Positions 1 to 8,637 are shown, counted from the stretch's first letter. The stretch is DNA of 18,680 bases from Candidatus Altiarchaeota archaeon (GCA_043804895.1 JAZDIN010000016.1:1-18680); one strand, 5' to 3'. Program-made: numbers and translations. The notes: generated by a model not told the origin, from the sequence alone.

Positions 1-1
1 G

Positions 2-247
2 AAGTCGATGGAGTCGCAGGAAGCCATATTCAGTCTCTATAACGCGCCGCATCTCGAAGGCCACAAGAAGGGGGCCGGCGTTGAAGTCATGGATATGGTA
101 ATGGAGAAGGGCGGCGTTATTCCTGCGCTGAAGATAATGGCTGCAGTAATCGGCACAAGAATTAAACTACTTAGCAAAGGCTTAGGCGACATTCCGCTAT
201 CAGCCGATGTGTTGGATGATATTAAGAAAGAGCGCCAGGGTACCTAG
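2..247 (+). CDS. 3' end of a hypothetical protein, probably truncated by the window edge
   Basis: Frame is open from base 2 (AAG TCG ATG...) to TAG 245-247 and abuts the convergent phoU stop; no recognisable motif. Confidence 0.55.
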   Translation, partial: KSMESQEAIFSLYNAPHLEGHKKGAGVEVMDMVMEKGGVIPALKIMAAVIGTRIKLLSKGLGDIPLSADVLDDIKKERQGT

Positions 248-1255
248 TCACCCCTTTTCAGCGACTATGTGGTCTATGACGTTCTCTGATATGTTGCTTG
301 AGTATTCGCCGACCCTCCTTATGCTCTCAGCTATGTAGCCTATCGAGACCGCCACCTCCCCGCTTTGCTTCAAGGCTTGTGTGTTGATCTTTTCGCAGAG
401 CGACTCAAGCTCCTTCACGGCCTCGATGTTCGTGTTCGATGCCTTTGCATCTTTCTCGAAGAAGGATTTTATGCTATTGCTGAAGATGTTCAGCGAAAGT
501 CCGCTAGCAGATTTTATGTTCGAGATTATCTTCCTGTCAACATCCTTGCCGGTGACGTTCTGGATGTTCTTGGCTATCCTCACTGCGTGGTCTCCTATGC
601 GTTCCATTATCCTGCTCATCAGGAAGTAATCTGTGGCCATGCGGACTGTGACGCCCATCTTCTCAGGGAGGCTTATGTCCCCCAATATCAGGTTATACTG
701 GTGTTCCACAAGCCAGTTGAGCCTGTTCACGTCGTTGTCCCTTGATATCACCTCTTCTGCAGTCCTTAGGTTGCCTGTCTCAAGGGCGCGAATAGCGTCC
801 TCGTGCATGCCCCTGACAATGTTGTGCATCCTTTTAAGCGTATTGTCAAAAGGCAGCTCCACCGGATTCAAGAGATCCTTTATAACAATGCTCGTGTCCG
901 TCTCCTCTATGACCTCCTGGCTTATGGTCCTGCGCGTGAAATCCCTCACCACGGTCCTCACGAACGGCGGCATCCTCCTTTTAGATTTTAACTTGATTGT
1001 CGTGTAGCCTGCGATGTAGGCCCCCACAAGCAGCCTGAATAGGAACAGGGGCTCGTTTATACTGTCCACATCAAACTCTTTTGTTGGCTGCAGCTGCCTC
1101 TTCACCGATATTGTCGTCACCAATAGGGTGCCGTCAGGCTGCGCGTAAAGCTCCAACCTGTCGTTCTTTTTGACCCCTCTTGACTCCACCCAATCCTTCG
1201 GGAGCGTGATGCTGTAGGAGGCCCCGCCTGTTTTTTGCACTTTCCGCGTATCCAT
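248..1255 (-). CDS. phoU: Archaeal phosphate uptake regulator: N-terminal AbrB/SpoVT-type DNA-binding domain plus tandem PhoU domains
   Basis: N-terminus RKVQKTGGASYSITLPKDWV is typical of archaeal AbrB-PhoU proteins; PhoU repeat motifs DNDVNRL, MERIGDHAVRIA and IRRVGEYSSNISE. Confidence 0.92.
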   Translation of the reverse strand: MDTRKVQKTGGASYSITLPKDWVESRGVKKNDRLELYAQPDGTLLVTTISVKRQLQPTKEFDVDSINEPLFLFRLLVGAYIAGYTTIKLKSKRRMPPFVRTVVRDFTRRTISQEVIEETDTSIVIKDLLNPVELPFDNTLKRMHNIVRGMHEDAIRALETGNLRTAEEVISRDNDVNRLNWLVEHQYNLILGDISLPEKMGVTVRMATDYFLMSRIMERIGDHAVRIAKNIQNVTGKDVDRKIISNIKSASGLSLNIFSNSIKSFFEKDAKASNTNIEAVKELESLCEKINTQALKQSGEVAVSIGYIAESIRRVGEYSSNISENVIDHIVAEKG

Positions 1256-1353
1256 CTCAGTAACCTACTATATACGTGTATTGTCATTATATATACTCCT
1301 ACATTATTTTCTTAAAAATATCTAAATTTATACTGGCTCTCGAATATTGAATC
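1256..1353. promoter_or_regulatory. Divergent AT-rich promoter region for phoU and the ABC operon
   Basis: TATA-like TATATATA near 1288-1295 and AAATTTATAC near 1324-1333, about 20 nt before ATG 1354; TATATAC occurs at 1269 and 1290. Confidence 0.55.
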
Positions 1354-2931
1354 ATGGGTTTTCAGACTAAGCCTAGGGTCACCGGTAGGCTTAAGCTCCT
1401 GTGTGCGATAGCCCTTCTAGTGTTCGTTTTCATCATCTTCCTACCTCCGGTCTGGGTCCTCTCATACGCCCTCAAGACCAAGTTCACGCTCGATTCAGCA
1501 GGCCAGACCGCGCTTCTGAACTCCTTCATCATCGGCTTGGTCGTCACCTTGTTTGATTTGGTGTTCGGCCTCCCTACTGCGTGGATTATGGCCAGGCGTC
1601 CTAACCTACGTTTCAGGCTTCTTATTGACACGCTCATCGACATGCCGCTTGTGGTGCCCACTTCAGTACTTGGCCTATCCGTTTTCTACTTCTGGGGCGA
1701 TGGGTTGGGTGCGTTGCTTGGTGTCAGTGAGGGTCTCGTCAGCAAAGGTCCGATTCTCATAGCATTGCTCCACATCGCATTCACATTCCCGTATGTGGTG
1801 CGTTCGATAGAGGCTGCGATAGTGCAGATAAACCGAAGCCACGAGCAGGCTGCCACAATGCTAGGGGCCTCACCGTTGACAGTCTTCAGGACGATATCCC
1901 TACCCCTCTTCAAGACTGGCGTAATCTCCGGCTCGATACTCGCGTTCACGAGGAGCCTCAGCGAGACCGGGGCGACTATGATGGTTGCGGGCCTGTTTTC
2001 AACCGCGCCGACGATTGTCGTCGCATACAAGAAGGCCGCTGACATCCCCTCTGCCGCGGCTGTTAGCATAGTTTTGATATGTTCCGCAGTCATCCTCCTC
2101 CTACTCACCAAAGTATTCTCAGGCGGATTCAAGGTGCCTGTGTTCCGCGTATGGCCTAGCCAGGAGAGGACTTTAAGCCGTGGGTACGTGAGGTTGAGGG
2201 ACGCGTTAGTGTCAGTCGGCGTTTTGTTGGTGATACTGCTGCCGACGTTCTATATCGTCCTGAGCGGCCTTGGAACAATCAGGGGCGATACGTTCATCGC
2301 ACTCATCAGGGACCAGCCTATGATAGACGGCATCGTCGTGTCATTCATAATAGGGTTCGTAGTAACCTTCGTGAACCTCCTCGTCGCAATACCCCTCGGA
2401 ATCCTGATAACAAAGGACGTGTTCAGGCTCGGAGGCATAGTCGACACGATGAGCGACATAATACTACTAGTCCCAACCAGTGCCCTCGGCCTCTCCCTCA
2501 GCCTCTTTTGGAAGAATTTCGCCTTTAACGAGCCCATGATACTCGTGCTCGCGCACCTGAGCTTCACATTCCCACTGATGGTGAAGCCGATATCAGCAGC
2601 CTTAAGCGGAGTCGAGGAAAGCCTGGAGGACGCAGCCAGAACGCTTGGGGCAAGGCAGCTCACAGTGTTCAGGACGATAATATTCCCTCTGATAAAGCCT
2701 GGAATAATCGCAGGCCTGATTATGACGTTCATGCGAAGCCTCAGCGAGACCGGAGCCACGCTGTCGGTGTCTGAGAACATAAAGACGGTGCCAGTCCTCC
2801 TAGTCGACATCTTCACCCAAGGCAAAGTCGACGACAAAACCATACTAGCCTGCATAATACTCTTCCTTGCATCATTCGCGTTCGTGATAGCTCTAAAGAA
2901 GATCGATTCAACCAAAAATGCCAGCCATTGA
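1354..2931 (+). CDS. ABC importer permease with two fused transmembrane domains (ModB/CysT/FbpB/ThiP-like)
   Basis: Internal duplication with two EAA loops (EQAATMLGASPLTVFRTISLPL and EDAARTLGARQLTVFRTIIFPL) and two RSLSETGAT motifs; LIDMPLVVPTSVLG motif; many TM helices. Confidence 0.9.
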   Translation: MGFQTKPRVTGRLKLLCAIALLVFVFIIFLPPVWVLSYALKTKFTLDSAGQTALLNSFIIGLVVTLFDLVFGLPTAWIMARRPNLRFRLLIDTLIDMPLVVPTSVLGLSVFYFWGDGLGALLGVSEGLVSKGPILIALLHIAFTFPYVVRSIEAAIVQINRSHEQAATMLGASPLTVFRTISLPLFKTGVISGSILAFTRSLSETGATMMVAGLFSTAPTIVVAYKKAADIPSAAAVSIVLICSAVILLLLTKVFSGGFKVPVFRVWPSQERTLSRGYVRLRDALVSVGVLLVILLPTFYIVLSGLGTIRGDTFIALIRDQPMIDGIVVSFIIGFVVTFVNLLVAIPLGILITKDVFRLGGIVDTMSDIILLVPTSALGLSLSLFWKNFAFNEPMILVLAHLSFTFPLMVKPISAALSGVEESLEDAARTLGARQLTVFRTIIFPLIKPGIIAGLIMTFMRSLSETGATLSVSENIKTVPVLLVDIFTQGKVDDKTILACIILFLASFAFVIALKKIDSTKNASH

Positions 2932-3976
2932 AGTCAAGGGACTTTCCAAAACGTTCGGGGGCAACAGAGTCCTCAAGGACATCAGCTTCAAAGTAGAAGA
3001 CGGAGAGTACGTAATGGTACTCGGGCCATCAGGCTGCGGGAAGACAACCCTACTCAAGGTACTTGCAGGCCTTTACCACTCAGACGACGGTAATGTACTC
3101 ATCGACGGCGTTGATGTCACATCAAAACGCCCAGAGGAGCGAAACATAGGGTTCTTCTTCCAGCACTACTCGCTGTTCCCACACATGACGGTGAGACAGA
3201 ACGTAGGCTACAGCCTAAACGTACGGGGAGTTGACGAGAACGAAATACGAAAGACAGTGGACGAGAAACTGAAGCTGGTGGGTCTCTCCAAGTGGTCAGA
3301 CCACCTACCTTATGAGCTTTCCGGCGGCATGCAACAGAGGGTTGCCCTAGCCAGGGTGCTGGCGAAAGGCTCAAAACTACTCCTGTTGGACGAGCCACTG
3401 AATGCACTGGATGCGAAGATAGCTACCCTCCTGCGAAGGGAACTTAACAAAATGGCAGACGACATGGCCCTGACAGTCATCCACGTCACCCCAAACCAAG
3501 AGGAGGCGATGGAGCTCGGGGACAAAATAATCCTAATGAATGACGGACGCATAGTCCAGATAGGGGATGACGTTGAAGTCTACACTCAACCTAACACCCC
3601 CTACGCGGCCTACTTCATAGGGGAATCAAACTTCCTCAGAGCAAGCCGCGCCGGCCCGCACCTTGTGAGATACAGGCACCACCTCTTCGCAGTAAAAAAT
3701 GAAGTACAGGAAGACGATGTCATCCTAGCCATACGATCAGAGAAGATAAGGTTCGAACACCATGACAGGAACACGCTCGAAGGCGTGATAGAGGCAGCCA
3801 ACTTCCTCGGCAGAGCGACAAGATACGAGGTCAACAACAAAGGCAGACACATACACGTGGAAACCTCAAAATATGACCTCAAGGTCGGCGACGCAGTACA
3901 CGTCTACTTCCCTCCCGAAGACCTGATGGTGTACCCAGCAGGAGAGCAAATAGAAGACGAGATAACGGTGATATAA
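2918..3976 (+). CDS. ABC transporter ATP-binding protein (PotA/CysA/MalK-like, probable TOBE tail) with degenerate H-loop
   Basis: Walker A GPSGCGKT, Q-loop FQHYSLF, signature LSGGMQQ, Walker B LLLDE; H-loop reads HVTPNQEEA; overlaps the permease end. Confidence 0.92.
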   Translation: MPAIEVKGLSKTFGGNRVLKDISFKVEDGEYVMVLGPSGCGKTTLLKVLAGLYHSDDGNVLIDGVDVTSKRPEERNIGFFFQHYSLFPHMTVRQNVGYSLNVRGVDENEIRKTVDEKLKLVGLSKWSDHLPYELSGGMQQRVALARVLAKGSKLLLLDEPLNALDAKIATLLRRELNKMADDMALTVIHVTPNQEEAMELGDKIILMNDGRIVQIGDDVEVYTQPNTPYAAYFIGESNFLRASRAGPHLVRYRHHLFAVKNEVQEDDVILAIRSEKIRFEHHDRNTLEGVIEAANFLGRATRYEVNNKGRHIHVETSKYDLKVGDAVHVYFPPEDLMVYPAGEQIEDEITVI

Positions 3977-3977
3977 G

Positions 3978-5042
3978 ATGCCAATAATAGAACTCAGAAA
4001 CGTGGCCAAAAAATTCGGCGACTACACGGCAGTCAAAGACATAAACCTCAGGATAATGGAGGGAGAATACGTCACCCTACTCGGACCATCAGGATGCGGC
4101 AAGACCACACTCCTGAGGATGATAGCAGGCCTAACAGACCCGACAGAAGGCGACATACTACTCCACAAGAAATCAGTGCTTGACGTCCCAGCAGAAGACC
4201 GTAGCATCGGATACCTGTTCCAAAACTATGCCCTATTCCCCCACCTTGACGTGAAAGAAAACGTAGGATACGGCCTTTTGGTGAGAGGAGACCATAAGGT
4301 CGCCATAGAAAGCCAAACCGGAGACATGCTACGCATGGTCAACCTCCTCGAATGGGCTGGTTACATGCCGCAGCAGCTTTCTGGCGGGATGCAGCAGCGC
4401 GTCGCGCTCGTCCGCTCCCTTGCGGTCGGGTTCAAGATACTATTCCTTGACGAGCCGATGAGCTCCCTCGACCCGAAGATAGCACTGAAGCTGAGGTATG
4501 AGATACAGAAGACCGCGAAGAAGCTGAAACTGACAGTCGTGCACGTCACACACGACCAGGCTGATGCGATGAGCATCTCAGACAGGATAATCGTCATGAA
4601 ACACGGCAGGATAGCACAAATCGGAACGCCAAAGGAGATATACTACCGGCCGAACAGCCCCTACGTTGCGCACTTCATAGGAGAATCCAACTTCCTGAAG
4701 GTGGCCTCTGGAGAGGGAAACACAATATCATTCAACGGAAACACACTCATGGTAACGGAAAGCACAACCGGAAAAAACAACATAGTGGCTGCAATCAGGC
4801 CGGAGAAGATCCTCTTCGAAAAACGCCTTGAAAACACACTCGAAGGCACAATCAAGGACGTCAACTTCATGGGCTCAACCACAAGATTCCAAGTGGAAGT
4901 GGACGGCCTGACCTTCACAGTCTCGACAGCCAAACACCCTGAACTTAAACCCGGCATGAAAGTCAACCTATACCTTCCCCCAGAAGAGATAACACTATTC
5001 CACGACATCACAGACCTGGAAGAAGAACTGAAAATACTATGA
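3978..5042 (+). CDS. ABC transporter ATP-binding protein, second paralog with canonical motifs
   Basis: GPSGCGKT, FQNYALF, LSGGMQQ, LFLDEP, HVTHDQ; shares PY.A.FIGESNFL with the upstream ATPase. Confidence 0.93.
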   Translation: MPIIELRNVAKKFGDYTAVKDINLRIMEGEYVTLLGPSGCGKTTLLRMIAGLTDPTEGDILLHKKSVLDVPAEDRSIGYLFQNYALFPHLDVKENVGYGLLVRGDHKVAIESQTGDMLRMVNLLEWAGYMPQQLSGGMQQRVALVRSLAVGFKILFLDEPMSSLDPKIALKLRYEIQKTAKKLKLTVVHVTHDQADAMSISDRIIVMKHGRIAQIGTPKEIYYRPNSPYVAHFIGESNFLKVASGEGNTISFNGNTLMVTESTTGKNNIVAAIRPEKILFEKRLENTLEGTIKDVNFMGSTTRFQVEVDGLTFTVSTAKHPELKPGMKVNLYLPPEEITLFHDITDLEEELKIL

Positions 5043-6076
5043 GAGGGAAGATCTCCTACAAGAAGGCTGGCGTTGACATAGACGTCGCCGATTCTGCCAA
5101 AAGAGATATGGCAAAAATCCTCAAGACAAACGACAAGAGGGTCCTCAACAGAGTCGGGGCGTTCGCCTCCCTATATGACGGGTCATTCCCAGGATACGAA
5201 CACCCCCTCCTAGTCTTAAAAACCGAGGAGCCCGGGTCGAAACAGAAGCTGGCCTTCCAACACAACAGGATATCATCAATCTCATATGACCTCATCAACC
5301 ACCTCGTAAACGATATAATCGTCATGGGAGCGAAACCACTCGCAGTACAGGATGCCATAATATGCGGAAAACTGGAGAAGGATGTGGTTAAAAAACTCGT
5401 TGAAAACATATCAAAGGCCTGCAGGGAACAGGAATGCGTGCTCACCGGCGGAGAGACCTCAGAACAACCAGGAGTCCTCGAAGCTGGAACCTACATCCTC
5501 ACAGCAAACATAGTCGGCGTAGTTGAGAAATCCAGGATAATTGACGGCTCAAAGATAACCGAAGGAGACGCAGTCCTGGCAGTCGCCTCAAACGGCCTAC
5601 ACACCAACGGATACTCCCTACTGCGAAAGCTAACAGCCCAAAGACCAGAGGTATTAAAAGTGAAAGTCGGGGGCGAACCCTTCTTAGAAGCAATCCTGAG
5701 GCCGCACAAATGCTACTACAAGAGCTTCCGCGGCTTGTTCAACCTCCCGCATTTGCATGGTATGGCGCACATCACAGGCGGAGGCATCGAAGGCAACCTC
5801 AACAGGATACTCCCAAGAGAATTGGATGCAGTAGTCGAACTTGGTAAAATCAAGGTCCCGGAAATATTCAAAGTAATCCAAAGAATGGGGGATATCGAAT
5901 ACAAGGATATGTTGCGAACATTCAACATGGGCGTTGGAATGACGCTAGTAGTGGAACCGAAAACAATCGCAGAAATCCACAGACACCTGAAAGAAAAAGG
6001 ATGCGAAAGCTACGTCATCGGAAAAATCACCAAAGGACACGGGAAGGTCATATACCAAGGAAAACTTAACATCTGA
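5039..6076 (+). CDS. purM: Phosphoribosylformylglycinamidine cyclo-ligase (AIR synthetase), divergent variant
   Basis: SYKKAGVDID N-terminus, GGET, SNGLHTNGYSL, AHITGGG...NLNRILP, RTFNMGVG; ATGA overlap with the upstream ATPase. Confidence 0.92.
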   Translation: MRGKISYKKAGVDIDVADSAKRDMAKILKTNDKRVLNRVGAFASLYDGSFPGYEHPLLVLKTEEPGSKQKLAFQHNRISSISYDLINHLVNDIIVMGAKPLAVQDAIICGKLEKDVVKKLVENISKACREQECVLTGGETSEQPGVLEAGTYILTANIVGVVEKSRIIDGSKITEGDAVLAVASNGLHTNGYSLLRKLTAQRPEVLKVKVGGEPFLEAILRPHKCYYKSFRGLFNLPHLHGMAHITGGGIEGNLNRILPRELDAVVELGKIKVPEIFKVIQRMGDIEYKDMLRTFNMGVGMTLVVEPKTIAEIHRHLKEKGCESYVIGKITKGHGKVIYQGKLNI

Positions 6077-6096
6077 GCACGAGGTAACTCACTGGA

Positions 6097-6270
6097 ATGC
6101 TTATGTCGTATGGACGTGTTTTGGGCAGCGTCAAAAGGGAGTTGTTCGTAGTTTTCCTGATTCTTGTTATAGGCTTGAGTTTTTCCGGCCAACGTGGTTG
6201 GGTGAGCATCTTGGTTGTGGGTTCAGTCCTCTTGGGTTTAAGCCTTTTAGTGGAGCCCGCCAAACACTAG
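6097..6270 (+). CDS. Putative 57-aa small membrane protein with two hydrophobic segments; below the ORF-track cutoff
   Basis: Manual translation MLMSYGRVLGSVKRELFVVFLILVIGLSFSGQRGWVSILVVGSVLLGLSLLVEPAKH*; GAGGT at 6081-6085; fills the gap after purM. Confidence 0.45.
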   Translation: MLMSYGRVLGSVKRELFVVFLILVIGLSFSGQRGWVSILVVGSVLLGLSLLVEPAKH

Positions 6271-6273
6271 CTC

Positions 6274-6284
6274 AAATATAAATA
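6274..6284 (+). promoter_or_regulatory. Archaeal TATA box for the small ORF at 6304
   Basis: TATAAATA at 6277-6284 preceded by AAA, about 20 nt before ATG 6304. Confidence 0.5.
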
Positions 6285-6303
6285 GGTTGGGGGGAAATGG
6301 GTA

Positions 6304-6462
6304 ATGATGGCAGTTGTGAACATGTCAAGATTCGGCGAAGCGTACGCTAAAGGTGTTTTGGATATTCTGGAGAATCCTAAGGACCGCGAAACCCTGGTGA
6401 AGGGCGGATTAACGCAAGAGGACATACGCCACCTGAGAAAAGTCGCCGAGGCAAAGAAGTAA
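6304..6462 (+). CDS. Putative 52-aa small helical protein; below the ORF-track cutoff
   Basis: Manual translation MMAVVNMSRFGEAYAKGVLDILENPKDRETLVKGGLTQEDIRHLRKVAEAKK*; upstream TATA; stop lies 11 nt from the convergent MFS stop; alternative start ATG 6322. Confidence 0.6.
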   Translation: MMAVVNMSRFGEAYAKGVLDILENPKDRETLVKGGLTQEDIRHLRKVAEAKK

Positions 6463-6473
6463 CCGACGCTTTC

Positions 6474-7685
6474 TCACTTAGATGCGCCCTTCTTTAAGGC
6501 GGCGTAGATGATGGGCAGTCCGATTAGGGGCAGGCATCCGATGAAGATGAAGGTCGCGCCTATCCCGTATATCTGCGCGATTAGTCCGCCTACGATGGGG
6601 CTTACGATGTAAGCTGAGTCTTCCGCCACGTCCCACACACCCACGATGTTCCCCCGCATCTTGTTTGCGGACAGGTCGGATAGTAGGCCGTCTAGTGCGG
6701 GGCTTGTGACTGCTAGTCCTGCGGTGGCTGTGAATGCTAGGATTATCAGTGCGGTTGGGTCGGTTGTCAGGCCGAATAGTATCAGCGATATGCCGGCTAT
6801 TATCAGCCCGGTTATGAAGAGTTTTGTTTTTCCCACGCGGTCTGCCAGCCATCCTGTCGGGGCTTCCAGGAGTATGAAGGGAGCTACGAACATGGCCATT
6901 ATGTATCCGACTGTTGTCGCGTCCAGGCCTTGTTTGGTGTATAGTGGTTCCATGGACCAGATTATGCCGTCTATGAAGATGAGGATGAATGTGGTCAGGA
7001 GTATTGCCGCCCCTGGTGCGCGCAGTGTCTTGAATTCCCTCAGGCCTTTCAAGTAAATCCAGTCGGTCTTTACTATGGTCTTTATGCTGTTCAGGACCGG
7101 CTCCTTAACGGTTATCGTCTCTTGGATGAGCAATATTATAAAAAACGCGAGGAGACAGGAGAGGGAGAAGAGTATTCCTGTGTCTGTGAGGCCTATGTTG
7201 AAGTTGTCTGTGATCAGGTAGCCTGCGATTATCGGGCCTACTGTGAACCCGATTTGTATGAGCGACTCGAAGATTCCGAAGAACTCCGATCTCTTGTTTT
7301 CCGGGGTGGTCTCCATCACATACGCCCTTGCGGGCACTATTATCAGGAGGTTCGCGAACCCAAAGACTATCATGAACAGGATGAAAACCGGGAGCGTCCT
7401 AAGGGAGGATAAGGCGAAACCCAACAGCACCAGAATGAGAAGACCAATCGAGATAAGCCCCTTGCGGCCTATCTTGTCTGACAGTCTCCCCAGGGGTATG
7501 TCAAAAAGCAACGATACCATGTTCGGCACTGCGATGATTAACCCCACCAGCAATAGGTCGTTGAAGGTCTTTTCGGCGAGTATCGGGAGTATGAACCAGA
7601 ATGCACTAGTGCCTAATGCGTATAGTAAGGCGGAGCCGCTTATCGTAGTAACCCGGCGATAGTCTCTGCCGAATAGTCTTGGCAT
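6474..7685 (-). CDS. Major facilitator superfamily transporter
   Basis: 403 aa with about 12 hydrophobic segments; MFS motif A GRLSDKIGRK and GWLADRVGK. Confidence 0.92.
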   Translation of the reverse strand: MPRLFGRDYRRVTTISGSALLYALGTSAFWFILPILAEKTFNDLLLVGLIIAVPNMVSLLFDIPLGRLSDKIGRKGLISIGLLILVLLGFALSSLRTLPVFILFMIVFGFANLLIIVPARAYVMETTPENKRSEFFGIFESLIQIGFTVGPIIAGYLITDNFNIGLTDTGILFSLSCLLAFFIILLIQETITVKEPVLNSIKTIVKTDWIYLKGLREFKTLRAPGAAILLTTFILIFIDGIIWSMEPLYTKQGLDATTVGYIMAMFVAPFILLEAPTGWLADRVGKTKLFITGLIIAGISLILFGLTTDPTALIILAFTATAGLAVTSPALDGLLSDLSANKMRGNIVGVWDVAEDSAYIVSPIVGGLIAQIYGIGATFIFIGCLPLIGLPIIYAALKKGASK

Positions 7686-7829
7686 CTCATGTTAGTACTG
7701 CGTGGATGAGACGATAAACTTATCGGCTGGAGGCGGGATTGCGCACACAACCGTATGCCCTCATTGTGCGCGACTGATGCGCTAATAATCCCATCTAAGT
7801 AATTGATATTCAACTACGGAGGTGTCATT

Positions 7830-8540
7830 ATGGTCGCGCGCGTAAATTCAGGAATAGACGGTCTGAATGGACTGGTTAGCGGGGGTTTCCCGCAAGGAGC
7901 CAACGTCCTGGCGATTGGCGGTCCGGGAACGGGCAAAAGCATATTATCTCTCCAATTTCTGGTGTGGGGGGCGATGAACGGGGAGCCTGGGGTGTATCTT
8001 ACATGTGACGAAACTAAGGACAAGCTCCTCTCCCAAGCATTGGATTTCGGATGGGACCTGACGCAGCTGGAGAAGGAAAAGAAGATACTCATCAGGCCGA
8101 TTGAGGAGGAGTTTGACATAGAGACGATTCTTGATGTCTTGGAAAACGATGTGAAGAAGGTCAAGGCGAGGCGTGTCGTAGTTGATTCGATTACCATGCT
8201 TAGCGTCTACTCGAAGGTGATGCCGGAGGCGTTTAGAGACGCAGTAAAAGGAAAGAAGCTGAACCGTTTCCAGCGTTTCATAGAGGAGATGAAGAGGCCG
8301 CAGGTTATCGCCATATTCCAGGCGCTGTCCGGCTTAGGCACGACCAACCTTATCATAGCCGAAGGGGACGGGCAATCCACGGTGCCAGAATATGCCGCTG
8401 ACGGCGTCATCCGCCTCCAGCAGAAGATCATAGGCAATGAGACGAACAGGAGCATGACGGTGGAAAAGATGCGCTCAACAAAAATCGTGGGCGGAATCCA
8501 CGGCTTCGACTTCGCGGAGGGCGGGATACATCTCAAGTGA
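7830..8540 (+). CDS. KaiC-like/RAD55 RecA-superfamily ATPase, single domain
   Basis: SGIDGLNGLVSGGFP, Walker A GGPGTGKS, Walker B VVVDSIT, ADGVIRL, VEKMRST; start placed at ATG 7830 after RBS GGAGGTG (7818-7824). Confidence 0.9.
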   Translation: MVARVNSGIDGLNGLVSGGFPQGANVLAIGGPGTGKSILSLQFLVWGAMNGEPGVYLTCDETKDKLLSQALDFGWDLTQLEKEKKILIRPIEEEFDIETILDVLENDVKKVKARRVVVDSITMLSVYSKVMPEAFRDAVKGKKLNRFQRFIEEMKRPQVIAIFQALSGLGTTNLIIAEGDGQSTVPEYAADGVIRLQQKIIGNETNRSMTVEKMRSTKIVGGIHGFDFAEGGIHLK

Positions 8541-8637
8541 ATGGTTGCCCGATGATGAAGAGGCTAAAGAATTGTGCCGGGGCAGCGTATCACCTATCCG
8601 GTCAGAATATTGAGTGTCTGGGCGCAGGTGGTGGAAG

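Noticed and set aside
365-5928. Many antisense or shadow ORFs over phoU, the ABC genes and purM (and similar ones elsewhere in the window)
   Set aside because: They overlap well-supported genes and are explained by codon bias.
6010-6263. Minus-strand ORFs of 60 and 65 aa
   Set aside because: Antisense to the purM end and to the more plausible + strand small ORF; no motifs.
7830-8540. Calling the ATPase a circadian KaiC or a RadA/RadB recombinase
   Set aside because: Single domain, no KaiA/KaiB nearby, no ST phosphosite pair evident and no RadA N-terminal domain.
8544-8587. Possible C/D-box sRNA (ATGATGA inside a GTTGCCC/GGGCAGC stem) between the KaiC-like and V4R genes
   Set aside because: No CTGA box D before the 3' stem and no clear C'/D' boxes.
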